From: a virus
Virus record (IMG/VR): IMGVR_UViG_3300045988_055839
Length of the DNA stretch: 43,220 bases
Direction: 5' to 3' (one strand)
In this document: in pieces, positions 25,069 to 32,276 of the stretch
Position numbering within the stretch: the first letter of the stretch is position 1
Layout: every line of letters begins with the position of its first letter
Notes under the pieces: generated by a model
What the model was told of the DNA's origin: nothing
Databases searched by the model: none
What the model saw: only the letters and a program-made list of their open reading frames with translations
Made by a program: the position numbers and the translations under genes

Positions 25069-25311
25069 CTGTTTCCCAATTGTGTAATTCATAGTAATAA
25101 GAAACACGCCGCGTTTTCAGAAAGGCTTGAGGAACGGAAAACGCGGCATATTTCAGACACGTTCCGAGCCTTGTGCAGGCTCTTAACAGGATCCCCTAGA
25201 ACGTCGAAAGGAGGTGAATTGAACATCAAAATGACTTACAAGCCCATCCCAACTTCTTTTCACTCTCCTATCATACTATATTCAATGTTTTTCGTTGTAC
25301 CCATCTTGTCA

Positions 25312-25737
25312 TCACGAATCAGCAAGCTTTCGTATCTGCTGCATGATAGCCTGTCTTTCGTCGCGAAAATCCGCATCAAGAATCATCGCCTGTAACATAT
25401 CGAACACCTCAACCATCAGGCGGCCGACGGAATCCATAAGCTTATCTTTGTGCGCCGCGTCTCCGTGTTCCTGGTACGCCATTTTTGCCGCAATGTACTC
25501 GTCATACAGCGCGTCAATATTCTTATCGTATTTTCCATTGCTGTACTTCTTAATCAGCGTTTCTGACGCGTCCATCATGGCCGCAGGAATGCTCTCACAC
25601 TCCATTTTTCGCATATTGCATAACGTGGTCGTGATTTTGAACATTGCGTCAAGGTTATCTGTCGTGAGTTTCTGCATCGCAGATTCTTTTTCTCTTTCCA
25701 ACTGCTTTTCCAGCACTTCTTTCACGTTTCCCATCAT
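25312..25737 (-). CDS. Hypothetical helical protein (141 aa), island gene
   Basis: Track ORF. Its start overlaps the stop of the upstream gene (ATGA). No family recognised. Confidence 0.7.
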   Translation of the reverse strand: MMGNVKEVLEKQLEREKESAMQKLTTDNLDAMFKITTTLCNMRKMECESIPAAMMDASETLIKKYSNGKYDKNIDALYDEYIAAKMAYQEHGDAAHKDKLMDSVGRLMVEVFDMLQAMILDADFRDERQAIMQQIRKLADS

Positions 25738-26327
25738 TCAACCTCGATTCCTTTCATGCGTTTTTTGTATTTTTCGTTCAATTCTTTCTGCGACTCAGTG
25801 ATATGGACCATATCATAGCCGGTCGAGATCAGATCAAGAATAATTTTGTCAACCTCTTTCAATTCATCGCCCACATCATCTATCAGCGAAGCTACAAGCA
25901 TGAAATCTTCCACATTTCCTTTTTCAAGTAGCATTGCGGCATAGCTCTGATATACCGCTTTTGTCTCCTCTTCCCATTCGCGATAGGCGGAAAATCCATC
26001 CTCTACGGCTTTCTGCTTAGTGCCTTTTCCGACGGAAATGCTTTTTGCGGCATACCATCCGTCCGGAATCATTTTAACCTCGCCAGAAAACGCATCTGGA
26101 ATAATTTTCCCGTGCCGTTCGATGTAATACCGGCACACCTTACGGCGCTCAAGGCTTTCTGCGATGTGCTGGTACTCATGTATCCGTTTGTAACCTTTCA
26201 GCCCGAGAAAATCGAAATAATCTGCCATCTGGCCGTGCATCATGATAGCTGCCACGAAGCGGCTGTTGATTTCCGAAAAAATAGCATCCGCATCTGTTAC
26301 GTCTGTTTTGCTTCGGAAAGTAATCAT
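25734..26327 (-). CDS. Ferritin-like fold protein (197 aa), island gene
   Basis: IFSEINSRFVAAIMMHGQMADYFDFLGLKGYKRIHEYQHIAESLERRK resembles ferritin/Dps helices A-B, including an ExxH motif. GGGGGTGA RBS. Confidence 0.6.
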   Translation of the reverse strand: MITFRSKTDVTDADAIFSEINSRFVAAIMMHGQMADYFDFLGLKGYKRIHEYQHIAESLERRKVCRYYIERHGKIIPDAFSGEVKMIPDGWYAAKSISVGKGTKQKAVEDGFSAYREWEEETKAVYQSYAAMLLEKGNVEDFMLVASLIDDVGDELKEVDKIILDLISTGYDMVHITESQKELNEKYKKRMKGIEVE

Positions 26328-26340
26328 GATTCGTCACCCC

Positions 26341-26769
26341 CTACGCAACTTTTTTGATGATGAGGTTCGCGTCTTTTACCAGGACTTCGGTTGTAGAAAT
26401 ATTTCCGACTGATACAGTAAGGCTTGTTCCTGCCGGTACAGGGATCAGCGTGTCCGCGCTCACATTCTGATAAGTGTTCGCCGTAACTACGGTATAGTCC
26501 ATCTCTGTTCCTCCAACCGCTTCTCCGTTCAGTTTCAGCGTAAGCACGGTCGCGCCTGCTGCCGCCGCTGTTACGTTGCCGTTGAATTGTAATTCCACTG
26601 CGATAGGAAGGTTCGTGCGGTTCGTTATTGTGAAAATTCCGCTTCCCTCGATGTGGTTCAGCCATCCGCTGGAGCATCCACAACGACGGGATTTTACGCG
26701 GGTATTTGTGAATACAATATTCTGTCCTGCTGCTACTGTCTGTTCTGCTTTGGCAATTACATTTAACAT
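26341..26769 (-). CDS. BclA-C-terminal-domain-like (C1q/TNF jelly-roll-like) protein, 142 aa
   Basis: Start at Met22 (AAAAGGAGAG RBS). The beta-rich sequence ends ...LTLKLNGEAVGGTEMD...SLTVSVGNISTTEVLVKDANLIIKKVA. As I recall it, the B. anthracis BclA CTD has ...LTIQVNGVPVPGTGSS... and ends ...ASIIIEKVA (recollection, unverified). Confidence 0.6.
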   Translation of the reverse strand: MLNVIAKAEQTVAAGQNIVFTNTRVKSRRCGCSSGWLNHIEGSGIFTITNRTNLPIAVELQFNGNVTAAAAGATVLTLKLNGEAVGGTEMDYTVVTANTYQNVSADTLIPVPAGTSLTVSVGNISTTEVLVKDANLIIKKVA

Positions 26770-26837
26770 AATTTCTCTCCTTTTCTTAACAAAACAGGGG
26801 TAAGCTCCACGCCTACCCCTGCAATTTTGCACAACTA

Positions 26838-27050
26838 CTATTTCGTAGATTTGGAATCTTCCAACATGCTGATTATTTTATTTTGGTTTTCGATGATCCG
26901 GTCAAGGTACTTTCTGTCCTGTTCCTGCAGATGTTTTGCGATATCCGCATTGCTTGCCTGTGACAGGTCGCTCTGATAATTCATCGCCTGAAGGAATACA
27001 CCGAACAGGTTCAGAAGATCGAGTGCGGACAGCTCGCTTGTGTTCATCAC
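26838..27050 (-). CDS. Hypothetical protein (70 aa), island gene
   Basis: Track ORF. Translationally coupled to the upstream gene (overlap at 27047-27050). Confidence 0.6.
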   Translation of the reverse strand: MMNTSELSALDLLNLFGVFLQAMNYQSDLSQASNADIAKHLQEQDRKYLDRIIENQNKIISMLEDSKSTK

Positions 27051-27733
27051 AGCACGTTACCGCCATTTCCGCAGCATCCGCCGTATCCTGTCATGTTGTA
27101 CGCAAAATACGGGGAGCATGTAAGATAAGCCGGTGTAGGTGTCGGGCGTACCGCATCAATGATTGTACGGGTCTGAGAAACCTGTGAAATCTGATTGTAC
27201 GCGTTCTGCAGATCGCGGTCACGGTCTGACAGCTTATCTCTAAGTGCCTGGATGGTGTTTTCCTGCATCATCTGTCTGGTTGCGTTTCCATCGGCCAGAA
27301 TGCTCTCCTTGATGTCACAGCAACACTGTGCCATCTGCGCCTGCATATTCTGTGCCATGAGTGCCGCATCATACCGGCTCTGCAGGATTTCTTTCTGCGT
27401 TTCACAGCAACAATTCTGCTGTGCCGCCTGTACCTGCTGTAAGCCGAGCTGATTGGTGTAACGATTTTCCAATACGTCCCTCTGTGTCTGGCAAGCAGTG
27501 TTGGAAACGTTCTGATTGGTGTTGAAAATATCACGTTTCACAAATTCATCCGAAATGAAATTATCATGTACGCCAGTTTCAACGCCGCCGCGGTTCCATC
27601 CGCCCATCATCGGGAACAGAAATGCCAGCAAAATAATCCAGATCCACCAGCAGCCACCGCCCCAGTCATCGTCATTGTTTCTCGTTACGGCTGCTACATC
27701 AGCCGCGCTAAGTCCCATTGTTCCATCTGTCAT
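27047..27733 (-). CDS. Membrane-anchored Gln-rich coiled-coil protein with Cys-triplet repeats (228 aa)
   Basis: AAGGAG RBS. N-terminal TM segment (WWIWIILLAFLFPMMGGW). Three ~30-aa repeats: ACQTQRDVLENRY, CCCETQKEILQSRY, CCCDIKESILADG. The C-terminus is ...GYGGCCGNGGNVL. Confidence 0.75.
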   Translation of the reverse strand: MTDGTMGLSAADVAAVTRNNDDDWGGGCWWIWIILLAFLFPMMGGWNRGGVETGVHDNFISDEFVKRDIFNTNQNVSNTACQTQRDVLENRYTNQLGLQQVQAAQQNCCCETQKEILQSRYDAALMAQNMQAQMAQCCCDIKESILADGNATRQMMQENTIQALRDKLSDRDRDLQNAYNQISQVSQTRTIIDAVRPTPTPAYLTCSPYFAYNMTGYGGCCGNGGNVL

Positions 27734-27786
27734 GGTTCTTTCTCCTTATTCTTCTATTTATTAAGGCTGTGCACCGCCCTAATATC

Positions 27787-28047
27787 TTATTTCATTAGCC
27801 CGGAGAACTGCCCCGGGTCCATCCCGTTCTGTCTGCACATTTCCTCGAATACCTGCTTCGGGTTCTTTCCCTTGCACATATCCATAGCTTTTTTAACATT
27901 CGGGTTCGTCTGCGCCATCTGTTCTACTGCGGCCTGCGGGTTGCCCGCCTGTTTGAGCTTATTGACCATCTGCATAGCCTGCATCATCGCGCCCATCGGG
28001 TTGTTACCGCCTCTCATATTGCCTATCATGCTCATTAATGGATTCAT
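27787..28047 (-). CDS. Met/Gln/Asn-rich small protein (86 aa), island gene
   Basis: Track ORF. Its start overlaps the stop of the upstream gene (ATGA). Low-complexity N-terminus MNPLMSMIGNMRGGNNPMGAMMQAMQM. Confidence 0.6.
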   Translation of the reverse strand: MNPLMSMIGNMRGGNNPMGAMMQAMQMVNKLKQAGNPQAAVEQMAQTNPNVKKAMDMCKGKNPKQVFEEMCRQNGMDPGQFSGLMK

Positions 28048-28496
28048 ACGGGTTCCTCCTTATTCTCCGGCTTTTCGCCTAATCGCGTCAGCAGAGCGTC
28101 AAATTCCTGCCGCGTAACGTATTCTTGTCTTTCTTCTTTTGGCTGGCTCTGTGCCAGGTTTAGGGCTTCTGGCGAGATCTCGGCGAACTGAAACACCTTG
28201 AAAGTCGCGCTTCCCATGCCGTCCACAGACTTAACGTAGAAAACAGGGCTGTTGTTGTCCATCATCCAGGCAGTGTGTCCAGGCTGGACAATCTGATTTC
28301 TTGCGCCCTCGATGCCTGCAACCTGTATCCAATTTACGTTGCTAGTCGGTGCCTGCGGCTGTTGCTGACTCTGTGGTGCATACATGCTCATCTGCTGGTT
28401 TCTCGCCTGTTCCAACTGATTAATTCTTTGCTGTAACATCGCCTGTTCATTTGCAAATGCCTGTGGATCAATTGTTGTATACGGATACATATTCAT
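28044..28496 (-). CDS. Gln-rich N-terminus plus small beta-domain protein (150 aa), island gene
   Basis: GGAGGG RBS; the start may be Met3 at 28490. Contains NWIQVAGIEGARNQIVQPGHTAWMMDNNSPVFYVKSVDGMGSATFKVFQF. No family assigned. Confidence 0.7.
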   Translation of the reverse strand: MNMYPYTTIDPQAFANEQAMLQQRINQLEQARNQQMSMYAPQSQQQPQAPTSNVNWIQVAGIEGARNQIVQPGHTAWMMDNNSPVFYVKSVDGMGSATFKVFQFAEISPEALNLAQSQPKEERQEYVTRQEFDALLTRLGEKPENKEEPV

Positions 28497-28530
28497 CCCT
28501 CCGTTCTCTTTCTACTCATATTTTAGGCGC

Positions 28531-28562
28531 AAAAAAAGGACTCTGACAGTTCGTCAAAGTCC
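28531..28562 (-). terminator. Strong rho-independent terminator between the sigma-r4-like gene and the downstream island genes
   Basis: Minus strand: GGACTTTGACgaactGTCAGAGTCC followed by TTTTTTT. 10-bp stem including one G-U pair. Confidence 0.75.
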
Positions 28563-28586
28563 CATGAAATGCTTAAAAAAGTATCA

Positions 28587-28787
28587 TCAGCATACTTTAA
28601 TGATTTTGGTGTTTACGTTTCTGCTGATCCGTTTTGCAGTAGAAACAGAAATGTTCATTAGTTCCGCACACTTTTCAAGCGGAATATTCCTACTCCGATA
28701 ATCAAAAAGTGTACGTTCGTCACGCGTAAAATTACAATACGTGCGAAAATATTCCAGCTCCGGTACTGTGAATTCATACACTTTCAA
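28587..28787 (-). CDS. Small sigma-70 region-4 / LuxR-type HTH protein (66 aa)
   Basis: FTRDERTLFDYRSRNIPLEKCAELMNISVSTAKRISRNVNTKI fits the r4_2/GerE HTH pattern. TTG start with an AGAGGG RBS. Confidence 0.6.
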   Translation of the reverse strand: MKVYEFTVPELEYFRTYCNFTRDERTLFDYRSRNIPLEKCAELMNISVSTAKRISRNVNTKIIKVC

Positions 28788-28798
28788 GATAAGCCCTC

Positions 28799-29131
28799 TT
28801 AATTTTTCTTGTCGGTCATCGCATTTACAAGTTCTTCCCTCGTTTTTTTTAAGCCCTCGATGTTGTTCCCTGTAATCTTATTTTCGATCAGGTTGAACAT
28901 ACTCCTCATTATCAGATTCATATCATCTCGTTGGGTGCGGATAGAGGTATAATCTTTCTCAAGTTTTGACTTGATATCCTTGATATCCTCCTCCATCGTC
29001 TGCATCCTCTTTTCCAGATCCCTCTCGGGCTTTTTGAATTTCTTCCATGCTCCGGTCAGAACCACAATCGCGCCACCTACTGTAGTTATCCAGCCGCAGA
29101 GAATCATGATTTGATTAATCGTCTCAATCAT
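28799..29131 (-). CDS. N-terminally anchored coiled-coil membrane protein (110 aa)
   Basis: Met14 of the track ORF, overlapping the stop of the head-morphogenesis gene. TM segment IMILCGWITTVGGAIVVLTGAW followed by a charged coiled coil. Confidence 0.6.
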   Translation of the reverse strand: MIETINQIMILCGWITTVGGAIVVLTGAWKKFKKPERDLEKRMQTMEEDIKDIKSKLEKDYTSIRTQRDDMNLIMRSMFNLIENKITGNNIEGLKKTREELVNAMTDKKN

Positions 29132-30362
29132 CTGCTTTTTCCTTTTTGCGTTTTTGATATCGCCGTGCATCCGCTGCGGCTCTTGCTGCCTGTTTTCGGT
29201 CCCAATGGGCTATTTTCAATCGCTCATCATAAGGGCGCAGGTTGTTGTCTTCGCAAAACTTGCGATATGCTTTATTTTGCTTACTAAGCAAATTAGCTTT
29301 TTGCTCTGTTCTACTTTGCAATTTGCTTTTCGTCTCGTCATCGCTTGCGTTGTCTATAGCATATTGCAAAGTTTGAATTTGCCTTTTGCTGTTTCGTATT
29401 CTGCGCTCCAACAATCGTTGCCGCTTCTGTGCTTCTTCAACCTTACGATTATCTGCGTATGAGATGTTCTTAGCGTCAAATGGGTTGTTCTTTCCGTCTC
29501 CCGATCCGAAGCTATGACGGCAATTCCAGCCACCCAGCCCCTCGCCGGTGCCGTATCCGGTCACCTCGTAGAAATTCGGGTATTTCTTGTTTTTTCCGGT
29601 TCGGGAATAGAATCGCCCTTGCCACCAAAGATGATTTCCCGGGTTCTGCCCGCCGTCTCCCGTTCGTGCGCCTACATGAGCAGAAACAAGAATAATATCC
29701 CAGTCCATCTCCTCCATCCGCGCTTCTGATACATCGCACGCCGCCTGCGCTATACCGGTGCGTACGATGGTCATGGTCGCAGATTCAAGGCTCTGCCGGT
29801 ATCCTGTCGGGTACTTGACTGTCAGCCCCTCCTCGGACACTTTCTCGATCAGATCAGCCACCATAGCGCCGTAAGACTCTCCGCCGCTCAGAACCCTGTG
29901 ATAGGCGCTGTCAAGCTCGTTGATAAAAAGTCTCTGCGCTTCTTCTGCGGTCGTCCGGGTGAAGTTCCGCCATGTGCCCGCGGTCGCCTTATAGTCTCTT
30001 TCCAGTACGCGCATTAGTGTGGGGGAAAGAAGAATCGGCGTAGGTACCAGCCCAGCCGCCTTATATACCGCGTCGTCCCACTTGAGCGTCTGTATTCCCG
30101 CGTCAACGCAGGCTGATTTGATCTCTGATAGCTGCTGATTGGTCGCCTTTGCTATCTCTTTCTGGATATCTTCCAGCAGATAGCCAGCTTCCTGCAGTGC
30201 TTCGATTCTCCACTTGTCCGCCGCCGTCAGCATGTAGTTTTCGCCGCGTTCCATGCGTGTTAAAATCGCCTTGACGATCTTCCGCATGATCCGGTTGTGT
30301 AAATCCTCTGTGATGGCTTCTGCGCCCTCTGCCGCGTGCTGCAGATACTCCGGGGTAAGCAT
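29124..30362 (-). CDS. Head morphogenesis protein (SPP1 gp7 / Mu F-like), 412 aa
   Basis: Positioned after the portal and holin genes. Mu F-type core with ...GTGEGLGGWNCRHSF..., followed by a basic coiled-coil C-terminal tail. Confidence 0.85.
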   Translation of the reverse strand: MLTPEYLQHAAEGAEAITEDLHNRIMRKIVKAILTRMERGENYMLTAADKWRIEALQEAGYLLEDIQKEIAKATNQQLSEIKSACVDAGIQTLKWDDAVYKAAGLVPTPILLSPTLMRVLERDYKATAGTWRNFTRTTAEEAQRLFINELDSAYHRVLSGGESYGAMVADLIEKVSEEGLTVKYPTGYRQSLESATMTIVRTGIAQAACDVSEARMEEMDWDIILVSAHVGARTGDGGQNPGNHLWWQGRFYSRTGKNKKYPNFYEVTGYGTGEGLGGWNCRHSFGSGDGKNNPFDAKNISYADNRKVEEAQKRQRLLERRIRNSKRQIQTLQYAIDNASDDETKSKLQSRTEQKANLLSKQNKAYRKFCEDNNLRPYDERLKIAHWDRKQAARAAADARRYQKRKKEKADD

Positions 30363-30365
30363 GTC

Positions 30366-30632
30366 TTATTCCTCTTTCTGTGCCTGTTTGATGATCTGGT
30401 TTGCTCCGGTGCTTGCTAATCCGCTGACAATGCCGACGGCTACCGCATTAAGCACGTCATGCGCCGGAAAGTCCGGGATTGTGTACATACCAACAACGCC
30501 AAGCACCGCTCCCGCCAATCCTACTGCGCACGGAATCCACTTGTTGCTAATATCCGTTGCTTTCATCACCATGCCTACCAGATAGCAGACTATTGTGATG
30601 CAGACTACTGTTGCTACTCCACTCATATCCAT
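30366..30632 (-). CDS. Holin (Hol118-like), 88 aa
   Basis: Met68 of the track ORF, with AAGGAGG upstream. MDMSGVATVVCITIVCYLVGMVMKATDISNKWIPCAVGLAGAVLGVV...GLASTGANQIIKQAQKEE aligns by eye with Listeria phage A118 Hol118 (...[25 protein letters not shown]...). Confidence 0.7.
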   Translation of the reverse strand: MDMSGVATVVCITIVCYLVGMVMKATDISNKWIPCAVGLAGAVLGVVGMYTIPDFPAHDVLNAVAVGIVSGLASTGANQIIKQAQKEE

Positions 30633-30636
30633 GTTA

Positions 30637-32082
30637 TCATTCCTCCTTATATTTGCTGTCAAAAAGCTCGTCCTCTTTCGGAGTGGCTTCTTCGACCATT
30701 GCCTTTGCGTCTTCCTCCGAGAATCCCTCGAACTTAACGAAATACATCCACGCCGGTACTTTTCCGGCATTAACGTAATTCCACCAGCGTGCGCGGTCCT
30801 CCTCGCGGTTATACGTGATGTCTCCGAAGTCATAGGTTACTTCGTATTCCCCTGCCGGACTCTCCCCGTACAGATCCGCATATACGCTCAACGCATAATA
30901 GACGGCATCCATGCACTTCTCGAGCTGGTCCCGAACATCTTTGATGTACTGGATCGTCCGCCGGTCATCGGATTCTACCTGCGTTGCCGTTACCATTCCA
31001 GTCTTCTGGTCGAACACAAAATAGCCATTCGAAAAGCCCGCCTTATAACCGATCTGCGACAATAGCGCATTGATTCCCTTAACCCTCACTTCTGTGTTGA
31101 GCGTCGGGTTGATTTCCTGGTAGAAAGAATCCGGCCCATCGCCGTAGACGTTTCGAACGTACTTCGGCAAGTTCTTTGTTGCGGCAGCTCCCGGGTTCAC
31201 CTTATTAACCGGCGTGCCAGCCGGAGACAATAACCGATCATCTGCCAGAACGATTCGTTCACTGTCGTGGATTTCTCCGGTCATGCGTGAATATGCAATA
31301 TCAAGGTCTTTCAGCTCTTCCAGCGCTTCGGCATATACCGGCAGGCCGAGCGGTGTTGACTTGTCCACGTTGTTCGCTTGCGGTGTCACGAATACGCCAA
31401 ACATCGGGCCATCCAGGCTTTCTCCGTTCGCTTTCAGAATCGGCGGGGAGTCTGCCATAAGCTCAGACCATTTCGTATCTTTCAGCGCCACCGGATCGCC
31501 GATTGAATCGGGAGATTTCGACCGATACGCCCGGTTGGAAATATAGTAAGGGCGTACTGTTTCCTCGCCCTGCTTCTCTTCTGCAAATCGGTGGTATTCC
31601 AGCCGCGTGTAGTACCATTTTCCTTGCGTGTACGTATCTTTGAATATCATTCCGGTGATATTCTGGTTGTCATAATCGGTTATAAGCACTTCATCAGGTG
31701 TGAATACATCCAACGTCTTCCCGTTCGGCTTGATGATTACTGTGCCATACGCACAACCATATTCCACCCATTTTCGGATACTGAAAAACACTGCATCCGT
31801 CTGTTGCTGCAGCCACTCCGCCCTTGCTGATCCCTCGATTGTGATTTTAATTGCTAGCGTCGCAAGCCGCGCTGTTTCGGAGCTTAACGATTTTGCAAAA
31901 TTAATTGTTCGGATGCCGTTTTTTACATCTTTCCACGGCGGTTCTCCGGAATAAACAGCAGCGCATTTTTTAATTACCGTATCCATTACCGGGGATTCGA
32001 TCGTATCAACGTTAAACGCCTGCTCCGCTTCGCTTCGAAAAAACATGCTTAGCCACCTCTTAATAGTTGTTATCAGTCCCAT
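30637..32082 (-). CDS. Portal protein (SPP1 gp6-like), about 481 aa
   Basis: Size and position directly after TerL. The start is set at Met11 (the track GTG at 32112 would overlap the upstream gene). Confidence 0.88.
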   Translation of the reverse strand: MGLITTIKRWLSMFFRSEAEQAFNVDTIESPVMDTVIKKCAAVYSGEPPWKDVKNGIRTINFAKSLSSETARLATLAIKITIEGSARAEWLQQQTDAVFFSIRKWVEYGCAYGTVIIKPNGKTLDVFTPDEVLITDYDNQNITGMIFKDTYTQGKWYYTRLEYHRFAEEKQGEETVRPYYISNRAYRSKSPDSIGDPVALKDTKWSELMADSPPILKANGESLDGPMFGVFVTPQANNVDKSTPLGLPVYAEALEELKDLDIAYSRMTGEIHDSERIVLADDRLLSPAGTPVNKVNPGAAATKNLPKYVRNVYGDGPDSFYQEINPTLNTEVRVKGINALLSQIGYKAGFSNGYFVFDQKTGMVTATQVESDDRRTIQYIKDVRDQLEKCMDAVYYALSVYADLYGESPAGEYEVTYDFGDITYNREEDRARWWNYVNAGKVPAWMYFVKFEGFSEEDAKAMVEEATPKEDELFDSKYKEE

Positions 32083-32084
32083 TC

Positions 32085-32276
32085 CTAGCCCTCTGTCACT
32101 TTTCTGCCGCACATCGGGCAGTAATTGACGTTATGCGGCGTTCCCTCGATGCTCCCCGCCGCTCTTGTCTCGACCATCGTCTTACGGATCAGCTTGCACT
32201 GATAGATGTACCGTGCACGCTGATCGAATCTTTCTAAGGTTTTCCAGTTTTTCAGCTCATCGCAAAATTCGCACAT
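32085..32276 (-). CDS. Small zinc-ribbon protein (63 aa)
   Basis: CEFC...CPMCG motif. Wedged between TerL and the portal gene, with a 1-nt overlap to TerL. Confidence 0.6.
   Translation of the reverse strand: MCEFCDELKNWKTLERFDQRARYIYQCKLIRKTMVETRAAGSIEGTPHNVNYCPMCGRKVTEG

Noticed and set aside
25171-25395. Plus-strand ORF (74 aa) preceded by a perfect AAAGGAGGTGA Shine-Dalgarno-like sequence
   Set aside because: The ORF has an odd composition and runs antisense into the well-supported minus-strand gene 25312..25737. The SD-like string is more simply the complement of an anti-SD-like CACCTCCTTT element in the minus-strand leader RNA.
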